Assembly: GCA_002269645.1 (NCBI GenBank)
Contig: NIVC01001830.1
Coordinates: 62,001 to 126,000 of the forward strand
Direction: 5' to 3'
DNA length: 64,000 bases
From: Macrostomum lignano
Taxonomy: Eukaryota
In this document: piece after piece, positions 11,386 to 24,450 of the stretch
How the letters are laid out: the number at the start of each line of letters is the position of its first letter
Numbering within the stretch: the stretch's first letter is position 1
Made by a program: the position numbers and the translations under genes
The notes under the pieces: model-generated
Databases searched by the model: none
What the model saw: only the letters and a program-made list of their open reading frames with translations
What the model was told of the DNA's origin: nothing

Positions 11386-13788
11386 CACCAAACCGGGACT
11401 TTCGAAATGGGGCTTCCGACTAGAGGGGGCTTTGCACTTACCTGCCAACTAGTGTCTTTTTGCTGTCAATCTCGAAGTCATAGCCGATGATAAGGGACAC
11501 AGCTGGGACTTGATCGCATTGGCCATGCAGGTACAGAGGGGACTTGTGCAGGGGATTCTTGCAGTGGCGAGACTATGGGGTAGCTACATGTGCTATTACA
11601 TTGCTAAATACGAGGAATTGTACTTTTGGCCTTCAACGCGCCAACCAGCCTCTCGTAGAGCTGATGATAGGCTAACTCGAACATCGTAGACCGCATGATT
11701 CATTACCCGAGCTGCTTGGCGAATCTAGAGTGCACAGAGTACATCTCTAGCGCCGATTTTGCACTATTGGCAATTTTGCTCACTGATTTGATAGATCGAT
11801 CGACGCAGAGCTGTCTTGCCATTGGTCCACTGTGACCAGCGCCTACTATAGCTTAGCCACTCATCTGAGCCATCGGCGAACAAAGAAACAAAACCGATAA
11901 AAATAACTGTCAGATTTAACCTTCTCACTGAATCGCTTCACACTTCAGATTGAATGTGAGTAAACAGACTACTAATAGTATTATTAAGTGATTTTTGCTT
12001 CAATAACAGCACTACTGAACAAAATAGCAAAAGTGTGCGCCTAATCCAGCTACTGAAATAGGGGACAGGTAAGAGATCACCCGATCAAGCAACTCTAGGC
12101 AGCCTCTCACCCAACCAATCAGAAACTCAACAGCCGGAGACCAGGTAATCCACAGTGACCGAATCAGCTTAGTGCTTTGCAGCTGTAGGCCCGGGATGAT
12201 GCTGTCACAAACTTCGCAAATAGCTAGCAGGTGATGATCTTATTCTTGATGGTCGTTGCTGTCGACCGGGGGAATTCGTCCTTGATGATGATGGGGAGGT
12301 GGCGATCCGGGGATCAAGAGACGACGGTCGAGCTCCGGGAACCAAAATTTGCGTACTGGGTCCGAGCAAGTAGAGGTCCAAGCGGGCCAAAAACACCGGT
12401 TTAAATAGCCGCTAACTGGACCGCAATTTGTTAGAAGGGAACACCTTGACGCTGATTGGCTGAGCCGATTTGTTCTAACTGAACGTCGAATTTTCTGATT
12501 GGCTGAGCTTGTTGCCACCCAAACCCACGTGACCAAAAGATCCTATCAGTTCCCTCGGGGCCATAAAAATACGCCAGGTGTTGTCATAAATCACTCAAAA
12601 TCGCTACATAATGATTTATGACCTTTCGCGTAGGAATTACAAAAATTAAAGAAAAAATATGCATTGGAAAGGTCTTATTAAGTAGAAAGTGAAGATAGTG
12701 AAGAGAAATCGCTAATCGCTTGATCTCAAAGTACTTTTAGGGGTAAAACGCATAGCTGTCAAAGCTGTCACACGCTTGAGTGAACCCGAACAATAGGCTC
12801 TGACCTCATAAATCTGATGGCCTGTCAAAAATGATGAGAAAAAAGCTATCATTCGCATCCCCTCAGACCATCTGGCGCCCGCCTCAACACTGAGTGAGGC
12901 GCAGGTGGCTGTCAGACCAGCTTCGAAAGCGATTATTTATGACCCAAAAAGCTGCGTTTATGTTATTATGACTACTAGTATGACAAAACATTATATCTAG
13001 TATAGATTCTATGACAATTCGCAGAAAAGAAAAATGCCCATTGCCCACTGTTAGTAGGCTAGTAAGTTTAGAGCCCATGTGCTAGCGCGGGTTTGGAAAA
13101 AAGTGCGTCCTCATCACTTATGTCAGTTAATAAGTGCATAGTTAACTAATCGTCTATGGTTCAAATGCCTGCTAAAGCTAAAATAATGGCCAGTTGAGTT
13201 TGTCATCACGCCAGGCTGTGTCTTATAGACAATGGCTGTTTGATGACATCCGCAGTGGCTGCGGGTCGACTGTCGCCTTGAATTGGACTTTGGAGACTTG
13301 TTGCTATACGAGATCAGACCCTTTTTACAATATTTTGGTCTTTTTTAAATCGTTATAGATCAGGTTCTATAGATGCTTTCAAGGCTTACTGACTATAGCG
13401 GTTTGCTTGACTTTAGCCGCACGGGGGATCTGGCGGACGCAGTGCCCGCTCAGTAACCCTTGAGTAGCGGACGAACTGACGGAGGTTCTCTGGCTTGAAA
13501 ACGTCGGAAAGATGCGCAGGTTTTTGGCCGAGGTTGATGAGCCGCCCTGAGTAAAGGCAAGACATTCACAGATGAACTGCTCCGCATTCTCAACACCGGA
13601 GAGACAGGTGGGCATTCCTCACTGCAGATTTTCTCCCGGCCGAGAGGGCCATGGTAACACACCTGACGTCTCATCGGTTGAATCCAAGCATGGCTCAGGG
13701 CCAGGGGACAGGGGACGACAAGGAGGGAAGGCTGGATGAAAAATTTTCCCATATTGGAATCGTTGAATATCTCGAAAATTCCCCTCAG

Positions 13789-15973
13789 TGCCACGGCACC
13801 GTCGCCTTCTGCCTTGGCATCGCCTTCGAGCTGCACAGCGGTCTGCGCGCCAAACTCGCCGACTATCAGCATCTGCCAGGCGCTGACGCTGCCGCCTGGC
13901 TGCTAGCCGGGCTCGGGTTTTTGACAGCCGGCGCCTCTCGGCTGCTGCGACACCGTCAGGGCCAGCCGCTGCCTGCTGGCCGCAGTGAGTCCGAAGCTGC
14001 GGACTGCTAAGGACTTTTAACTGTACAGATTTGATTAGAAAACCAGGTGTATGCAAGACCAGAGTCCACACTTGGAAATTGATAGAAAACAAGTTAAAGG
14101 ATACTTTTTACATGCACCGGATAGGATAAGGAATTTACGGTAGACTTCCCCGTTAGCTAGTCAGATGTGTTGCTACATGTAACAAGATGTTGCTAGCCGG
14201 ATGTGTTGCTAGCCGGATGTGCTGCTAGCCGGATTTGTTGCTAGCCGGATTTGTTGCTAATTAAATTAATTATATCAATTACATTAAAACTGATTTCAAT
14301 GATCTTCCATCAACGTGAAGTGTACTTCATCAGCAACTCAGAGCAGACTTCATCGGTCCCTAACGAGCAGAATAGTGGAGTCAGCTGGGCTGCCTTACCG
14401 GCTCAATGATCAGATTAGTTTTCCAATAAGTGCTCATCTACATGTAAAAGCAGCTGTAGAATCCATGGTGCTGGTGCTTAAGATCCCTGAATAAAAAATC
14501 CTGTTCACGCACCCCATGCCAAAGCGGAGATGAAGCCAAATGATTAAACAACAAAAAAGCAACAAATCAAAACGTTGCAGTTCTTCTCGATTCTAGCGGC
14601 ATCGTTGACAGCTCTGGTTGCAATGATCAGCATTGCTGTCGCTCTGACATCCACAAAGCAGCAGTTAGCTCGCCTGTCCATCGAGCTGCACAGACTGGTG
14701 GCGACCTACTATGCCGATGCAAGGAGTCGTAGGATCATGGACAGTGTGCAGAGGCTGGTAAGAGTCTGCTATAGTGTCCCCTTAGTGCTGGTGTCTTCTT
14801 GGTGCTGGTGTCCCCTAGGTGCTGGTGTCCCCTAGGTGCTGGTGTCTCCTTAGTGCTGGTGTCCCCTTGGTGCTGGTGTCTCCTTAGTGCTGGTGTCTCC
14901 TTAGTGCTGGTGTCTCCTTAGTGCTGGTGTCTCCTTAGTGCTGGTGTCTCCTTAGTGCTGGTGTTCCTTGGTGCTGGTGTCCTCGAGATAAGGCCCCTTG
15001 ATGCCGATGTCCCTTGGTGCTGGTGTCCCCTTGGTGCTGGTGTCCTTGAGATAAGGCCCCTTGATGCCGATGTCCCTTGGTGCTGGCGCCACTTACGATG
15101 AGTGGTGCTGGCGCCCCAAGATGACACCTACACGGTAGCATCTCCGTACTGGTACTCATCGCTGTCGCCCCCCCCCCTAATAAAAATCCCAGCAAGGGCA
15201 CCGCAAGTTTGTCTATAGATTTTTATAGTTTAGCATCTCGTAGAAGTTGAAAAGTATTATTAATAAAACAGTACAATACTATCCTCAGCTCAACTGCTGC
15301 GGAGTAAAGGACGGCAAAGTGGATTACAGTCGCTACTCGTTGCCGGCGCCTCCGAGCTGCTTGTACGCTCAACCATACGCCACTACTACTATTAGTAGTT
15401 CAGACACCGCGGCTCTCAGCGAAACCACCGGCCTGCCTGCCGTTGTTGCTATCGGCTTCTCTGTTGGCCTGGTTTTGGTGAGAAATCCGGGGATGAGAAA
15501 GTTCTAGCTTTCAATGGCTTCCCCTTCTGCTACTCCCTTGAGTACATGATGTTCTGAATACCCCGCTAATCCTAGAGTGTGTTCTGAATACTCCTGCTAT
15601 TCCTAGAGTGTGTTCTGAATACCCTTTCTGCTAATCCTAGTGTGTTCTGAATACCCCCTCTGCTATTCCTGGGGTGTTTTCCAAATACCCCTTTTGAAAA
15701 TCCGAAAATGTTCTGAATACCCCTACTAATAGTCTTTGAGTGCACTCTGAATACTTCAGCGTTCTCGCACCTTCTGGCTCTTCATTAGTATAAGCGGTTA
15801 CCATGGTTTTCGCTGATGAATGATTATTGTTATTCGTCTACAACCCACAGCTGCTGGGCATGATTATAACCAGCATGCTCTGCTGCTGTCGCACGCCTGC
15901 GGCTGCCACTAGAAGACAGAGTCGCAACAATACAATAACATGCAAGAGCGACGCCGTACCTGTCTACTTCTAG
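13789..15973 (+). CDS. Tetraspanin, partial at 5' end, with apparent 1-nt frameshift in the TM2 exon
   Basis: Exons 13789-13984 (TM1 end, TM2, LGCCDTVRASRCLLAA after the shift), 14581-14757 (TM3...MDSVQRL), 15289-15477 (LNCCG...PPSC), 15851-15973 (TM4 end, LCCC, TAG). All junctions are AG/GT and phase 0. Confidence 0.82.
14785..15115. repeat. 17-bp minisatellite (TAGTGCTGGTGTCTCCT)n and variants
   Basis: Fills tetraspanin intron 14758-15288. Confidence 0.9.
15555..15755. repeat. Degenerate approx. 30-bp tandem repeat with GTGTTCTGAATACCCC core
   Basis: About 6 diverged copies in the tetraspanin intron. Confidence 0.75.
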
Positions 15974-16427
15974 TAGCTAGTATGCAGTCGAAAATAATTT
16001 TTTGTAGACATAAGTGCTGACTCAAATTTGGATTAGTAAAACTCCAGGTATGCATGTAAAAATCAAACGCCAACTTTTCATTACTATTGCATATATAAAA
16101 GCTGAATCCTCATTTTATGGTAGATAACCGACTATTTTAATACGAGTATTTAATGTCTGGTTGAAGAACTGAGTAACTCATGCTGGCTATTCTTACTTGT
16201 TAGGCTACTAGAGAAGCAATACTTCTCGTGCATCGATTGCAATAAGATCTGTGCTTAGCACAAGTTTAATTAAACTGACACTTATATATTTATGCCGCAT
16301 ACATTTTTAACTGAATAGATGCAAAATAACAAAGGCGATTGCTGCTGTCACCGGCTATGCTTAAATAATAGATTGCAAATATTGACTTAATTTCCACGCA
16401 TAAATGAGTAAGGAGCACATAAATTGG

Positions 16428-16858
16428 TTTCCTTACCCCCCTTCCCGAGGAGTGAGTTGGCTGGTTTCCTTACCCCCTTCCCGAGGAGTGAGTTGGCTGA
16501 TTTCCTTACCCCCTCTCCGAGGAGTGAGTTGGCTGATTTCCTTACCCCCCCCCCCTTCACGAGGAGTGAGATGGCTGATTTCCTTACCCCCTCCCCGAGG
16601 AGTGAGTTGGCTGATTTCCTTACCCCCTTCCCGAGGAGTGAGATGGCTGATTTCCTTACCCCCCTTCCCAAGGAGTGAGGTGGCTGATTTCCTTACCCCC
16701 ATTCACGAGGAGTGAGGTGGCTGTTTTCCTTACCCCCTTCCCGAGGAGTGAGGTGGCTGTTTTCCTTACCCCCTTCCCGAGGAGTGAGGTGGCTGCTTTC
16801 CTTACCCCTTTCCCGAGGAGTGAGGTGGCTGATTTCCTTACCCCCTTCCCGAGGAGTG
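16428..16858. repeat. 36-bp minisatellite (TTCCTTACCCCCTTCCCGAGGAGTGAGTTGGCTGAT)n
   Basis: About 12 tandem copies between the convergent tetraspanin and ARF6 genes. Confidence 0.94.
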
Positions 16859-17545
16859 ACGGCTGGAAGCAATATTTTGTTTTATTAGCTCAAGGCAATT
16901 AGACAAAAAGAAACGCACTTGGCAATTGATTAACTAAACGGAATACTTACTGGTCTCAATGCAATAAGTAAAACATTAAATTAACAATACATTAGAAACA
17001 AAAATACAGGCACAATCACCCTATCATTGGTCTAGTTTACTGAAAATGCTTCGACTTTGAAAAATAAACTGTTATGATCAATTAACGTCAAATAATAATA
17101 ATTGCATGTCATTTAGGACTTAAAGCATCGACATTCTAATCAAAATTTCCGTCCACAAAATCATTCAGACAGGAACATAATATAAAATTCAGACATTATT
17201 AGACATGGCTAATCCATCAAAGTGGTTTGCTTACCGATTAGGAACAATTATTTGATCACCCTATCTTCTTGGCAAGTCGCAAGCCAACCAAAAACACACT
17301 CTAGAAGCTGTGAAATGACCAATAGGTACGAGCGTACTAGTAAAATATCTAAAACTTAATGACAGAATAAACTCAACTGACTTTAAGACACAATAAAGAT
17401 AAGAAATGCTAAAAAATTACCTAACTTTCAGCAAATAATAGACTGGTATTCCAACATGGCAGTAATTTTAGCACAGAAAAAGGAAGCAAAACTATAAAAA
17501 CCGCTCAAAACTTGCAATTAGTGTATATTTATTTCAATGTTCAGC

Positions 17546-18800
<1,255 letters not shown>

Positions 18801-20835
18801 TTATAGCTACTATTAGTAAGCAGTGCAGCAAAAGTTTTCTTTCTTTCAGAAAAATAGCAACTTGATCAAAAGGTATGCTACATTGCAGGCTTTCATGCAA
18901 GAATAGGATGTTGACACTGTAAAAAGCACAATGATAGTGTAGTGCCACCTTAGAGACAGTAGGTTAAAAGTCTATCAACCAATGTTACCAAGCCTTAAAG
19001 TATGCCCTATGGTATGGTTTCTTACTTTTAGATCTTACTTGTAGTAATCTATATAATATATTCTTGCGAATTATTGATAAAAATATATTAAAATATCCCT
19101 AATAAGGTCATATACCACATATAAACATGGAGCATCAAGATCAATTTTTTTTTCAATTTATAGTTAGAATATACGCTCGTATTTAAAGGAGTAGTGATAA
19201 AAAAATAATTTCTGAAGATAAAAAGTTTTATAAATTCAAATAGTTATATTTAAATTCCTTGCCACATTTATTGCAAGTTGTTCGTTGTTGCAATTTTCTT
19301 GAAAAAAACCTGCCACAGGTGAATGCTTTGATGAAGCCATGAATTGCAATAATTTAACTTGTATCAAAATGTATCAAGTGAAATAAATGTACCTAGACCA
19401 AATTCCAACCCTACCTTTCCAAATTTGAAAGAATCAAATTTATCATGAAATTAAGTATATAAAATGTATCAGATTGTTAGTCTCTCTCTTGTTTGTAGGA
19501 ATCATTCAAGGTCCATAAATTAGATTTTTAATTAATTGCTTTTCCTAAGTCTTAAAGCCTAAAAGCCTCTAAAAGCCTTAGTATTTAATCTCAATTCTAA
19601 TTGTTTCCATTTTTTTCCATTTCTAGCCTATAATTTGGAAGATATCATTCATACTGTATTTTTGGCATGAACTAATTAAATAAAGATTGAATAGGATTGA
19701 AGTCATTTATATTGGGAAAGATTAGGATCCAGGAATAGTTTTTTTCTTGGGTTTGGGCTTTAGGATCAAGATTAAGATTTGGGACTTAGGATCAATTTTT
19801 ATAGTATACTTTAGTTTGTAGTTCTATATAGAACTGTAAAGAAGAGACATACAATATGATATAAATAAAAATTTCAAGATCAAAAGGCATAACACAACAG
19901 AATATGTTTATACGCAGATGCTAACCAACTTTGATAATCATCATTGAAGTTTGTATCTGCTCTTTGTTCAAATTGAAAAAACCACAATTTTTATATAAGT
20001 TAATGAAGGAGTCTAAACAGTCATTTAAACAGTCAGCCTGTATATATTCAGTTTTATAAGGCAATCATTTTTATAAAACTTTTATGCTAGGAAGATTGCA
20101 TTCCAAAACTCCATAAGAAAAAGTAACCTTTTATCATTTTTCCACTCTCCTAGCAAACAATTAGTATACTGCAAATATAAATAGTGCTTCTAGCTAATGA
20201 TTATTTGTATATAAAATTAGCATTAAAATGTTTGTTGTATTAAAAATAAGAAGTGCTATAGTTTTGTCTCTTGGAACACAAGATCATTTTAAGGTAATTT
20301 TGTATTTCAATTTTTGTCTTCCAAAACTGAATTAGTATACAAGGTGCTTATTTATAAAAATAGAAGGTTCCATGACTGCTTGGCCTTGAAAGCTATATTG
20401 ACAAGAAGTGCTATAGCTTTCGAATATAATCAATTTAGGTAATTTTTGTATTTAAAAATTGTTATCTAAAATGGATATAATAGACAAGGTGCTAATGAAT
20501 AGAAAGTGCTAGAATCATGTGTTCGATGAAAGTTAGAATCATCTATCTTTAGAAAAATTCCTTAAGCATTGTTCTAAGAATTTGAACCAAGCTTTATTTA
20601 TTTAAAACAATTTTCAAAGTGATTGTTATTGTACTTGGTGATTGTCATCTAAAAGATTGCAAAAAATATTTTTTTTATGAGAAAGTATTGGACTACATAT
20701 TGGAATATTGGAATTGAAAATATTGTATAATACTATGATCCAATACTACTAAAACTAGTATTGAGGTTTAATATTCCAATACCCAAATTGTATATTGACA
20801 TTGTCAATACTATCAAAATATTATAAAGCTGCAAT

Positions 20836-21570
20836 ATGAACTTTGATGACCCCATGCAAGGCCAAGATGACAAATTGCCGATTAGTCGAGAAATCTGCAT
20901 GGCCTTTGCGCAACTAAACGATCGCGGCCATGGACAGGCCCATGGCGGAGCAGCTCCAATTGATGAGGCGGCATTAGAGGACTTTGAGCTCCTCAAACTT
21001 GCCGTGCCAACAAACAGCCCTGACGCATGGGTAAATGGGCTGATGGACGTGGGCACGCAGCAGCTTGCTCCGGAGCCGGGGCCCATCCATGCCCTGGAAC
21101 CTAACCAGCATGTGATGCCACTGCTCCCACCTTCCAACTGGACCAGTGGATCCAACCAGCTGTCGCCAGCGGGAGCAGCCGTAATGGGACCAAGGCCTGA
21201 CCAGGCGCAGCACCTGGCCACATTGCTGCTCAGCGAGCTCGAAGATGACCAAACTACCCGCCATATGAGCCACTGCTAACACTGGTTCGGCTACGCCAGC
21301 ACATTCGGCCAGTTGACAGCCACATGCGCCATCAGTCTGGCAGCCAAGGTGCTCTGCAAACGCCACAGGCAAGCCCCAGGTGGCCTGCCATATGGTGCCT
21401 TTTATGCATTGGTTGGCCTGCACGTCGACCATACGGCCACCCTAGGGCAGGGTCTCTCAACCGCGCTGCTTCAGTTGAGTCACCAGGCGCCCGTGGCCAG
21501 TTTGCAACCAACAAACCCAAACGCCCCTGCTTGCCAAGGCCAGCCAGGGAGGCAGGACCACCGCCCCTGA
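20836..21570 (+). pseudogene. GC-rich reading frame interrupted by one TAA, product unknown
   Basis: ORFs 20836-21279 and 21313-21570 are in the same frame, separated by TAA at 21277-21279, inside otherwise AT-rich DNA. Confidence 0.3.
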
Positions 21571-22513
21571 GTGACCGAGAGTCCGTTGTCTGCTGCTGTT
21601 TGCCCCAGCGCCCCCACACCTGTGGTAGGTCGGTTTACCACTGGGGAGAATGACGGCAAGCCTCCAGCGCAGACAAGGTAGACGACCAAGTTCCACAGGA
21701 TGACGGTTGATGTCATTATGTTTTCAATGTTTGTTCCCATGTTTGTTACCCCCAGTATCCCCGCCCTTGCTCCTTTGTCTGCTCCTTTTGTTTGTTCCCT
21801 CCCGTGGCCTCTGTTGTTTTAATGCTTTCAATGGCCGGTTTTTTTCATTTTCTTTCATTGTCCCTTTCCTTGTCCCATCCATTGCCCCACCCCCTGGGTT
21901 ATCCATACCAATTTAATCATATAAGATGCAGTTTTTGTAATCTTTTGCTCATAATTGCCCCCCCCCCCTTTTTCTTTTGTGATCTGCCTCGTTTCCATTT
22001 TCCGTCTTTTCTTCATTAAACATTAGTACGTTAGTTTGTGTTTGACTTGATCTACCTTACCAACTAAGTTTAAGTAATCTCTCTCACTTTCCCTTGGCAT
22101 TGCCGAATTCATCTCTCGAAGGTTAATAATAACAATAATAATAAGAACAATTTATCCAATTTAGTACATTGCTTGCAGCAACCAATTTATCTAATACTCT
22201 AATAATAACCAGTCATCTAATATTTATTCAGTTGTACTTAATTGAAGCCTTTAGTCTATATTGAGTCATTTGCCCACGGGGCATAAAATAACCAATCTGT
22301 CTCAACTCAAAGAAAGCTCTGAGACCCTTATTGTTCCGTAATACAAAATTTATGGTGGTGGCAGCACTACTTTACTACTGAGTGTAACCAACCGAGCATA
22401 TCGACTGACTACAAATTTTATAGTGTCAGAGGACCCATTTTGAATGACTGTGCCGCTAAAAGACTGCTTGACTACAATTACAACTACCCTCCCCCAGAAT
22501 TGAAGACCCCGGC

Positions 22514-23047
22514 CCATAGTCTGGATCATGGTCTGTACGCCAAATTAATTTGGCATACAGTCACCCCTTGCTAACCCTATTGGTATACATTGGCATACAA
22601 CCAAAAAATTGGGCCCTACCTATTGGCATGAGTGGCATATACGCTGTTGCTGTTGCAACTTGCAATGTAATATGTAATATACATAAACATCGGTATTTTT
22701 TTAGGAATTTGCACAATAATTAAAAAATGGAATTTATGTTAGAAATATATTAACTTTAACAAAATATATTCCCATCTATTGTTTTATTGAATAATTTTAA
22801 TATTCTAATAAAACCTGCTGCTAGAGCCAGAGGCATAATATGTATTTTACTTGCTTACAGTAATAATAGGGATATATATAACATAGGTGTAACTATATTT
22901 AAATTGCGATATGCTCCATTTTTCGTTAACCTGTAAAAGTGGCATACAGTTAAGGAAGGCAGAAAAAAATTGGCGTACATTGGCGTACAAACTGTGGATC
23001 TATCAAGTTTTAGTTTGGCATACACCCTGCCATGATCCGGACTATGG
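22514..23047. mobile_element. MITE, 534 bp, CCATAGTC...GACTATGG termini, 8-bp TSD
   Basis: TIRs CCATAGTCTGGATCATGG / CCATGATCCGGACTATGG; flanks ACCCCGGC and ACCCCAGC (7/8 match). Confidence 0.85.
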
Positions 23048-23465
23048 ACCCCAGCAAATGGAGTATCCAAGGAAAAGAATCAATGCATCAATTTGAGCAA
23101 TTTTCTAGCTTTACGAGTGCTAAGACAATATAAGCGGCAATTCAAGTCTAAGACTGCCATTTTCCAGTGTCAACAACAGCAAACCGACAACTTTCAAGTT
23201 CAAACCCAATTTTAAACCCAACAATTTCCATAATAATCTTCTCCACCCCCACCTCAATATTCTGACTATTATTCCAACTGATAGGCCTAATCTAATATGT
23301 TGCAAGAGTCAAAATATCATAATCATTCCAACTATTATTTCAACTGATCATTTAATACACTGCAAGACTTTAAATATTATTTTAACTCTTATTCTGACTC
23401 TTAGTCAGAATAATGGTTGGAATATTCCGAGTTAGACAAAGTTTAAGAGGTCATGCTACTACTAG

Positions 23466-23790
23466 CAATGGCTAGAGTTCTGGCACCGGAACCCATTTTC
23501 TAATTGCTATGGATCCAGCAGTGGCCAGTGGTATGTACATGTATTTCAGTAGTGCAATTTATAGGTATAATATAGCAGAAACATTTTTCTTTTTAACACT
23601 AACAGGTGGTTGATAGGCCTATTGATATTAGGCCCTATTGTTCAAGATAAGATCAAAACGAAACGATAAGATTCAAATCAAGATACTTCTAATGTTCAAG
23701 ACTTCATTAGTAGATAACTGCTTGCAGAAGACTGCTGGATCCATAACCATCATTAGTAAATGGGTTCCGGTGCTGGAACCCTAGCCATTA
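23466..23790. mobile_element. MITE-like inverted repeat pair (approx. 57-bp arms)
   Basis: AATGGCTAGAGTTCTGGCACCGGAACCCATT...ATGGATCCAGCAGT is inverted at 23732-23790; no clear TSD. Confidence 0.7.
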
Positions 23791-24450
23791 CCGCCACTAC
23801 TACACTTATAGTCTTAATAAGTCCTATGCTACTAAAATAGTAAGCACTAACTTAATTGACATAGGAGAGGGCTTGCAATTGTAATTGCAAGTTGCAGTGA
23901 GTATGATTATGTCTATGAAGCCTTGGGCATGGCTTGGTTTTACCTTTACCTTTACTATACTATAAAACAAAAAGTAGGGGCCTAGCCCCCGCCTAGGGCC
24001 TAAAACAGTTGACTTATCAAAAGTTATCATTGATGATTAAGGACTCGAGTCTCGAAAAAAAGAAACATAAAGTGTTGTATACTAGAGACTTGGCTGGTAG
24101 ACACAGATATGCTGAAAAGCTCGCAACACAATTACTATAAAAATATTAAATTGATTTATCATTCTAAGAAAATAAAACCACTTTCTACAAATTCAGTAGT
24201 CTTTGCACAAAAATAAAAATGTAAAATCTGTTTGTCTAACTCATAAACAAAAAAGTAAGAATTAAATCCTTCAGTATTATTTATTTACGTTTGTTTTAAT
24301 GGGTTAGCGTTTACCTGCATTTTTAAATGCTGTTGCCTACGTGTAAATTTGCTCAAAAATTACACCGACAACTAAAATACAAATTTACAATTACACTGAG
24401 AAACGCTTTTTGAAATAATTTAAGGCCATTTTTACATTTAAAGCTTAGAA

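Noticed and set aside
11500-11800. Restriction-like endonuclease remnant of a non-LTR element (minus strand ...LREAGWRV...)
   Set aside because: Similarity is too short and interrupted by stops to support a call.
13400-13620. First exon of the tetraspanin
   Set aside because: No frame shows the expected N-terminal KY...FN pattern, and stops occur in the candidate frames.
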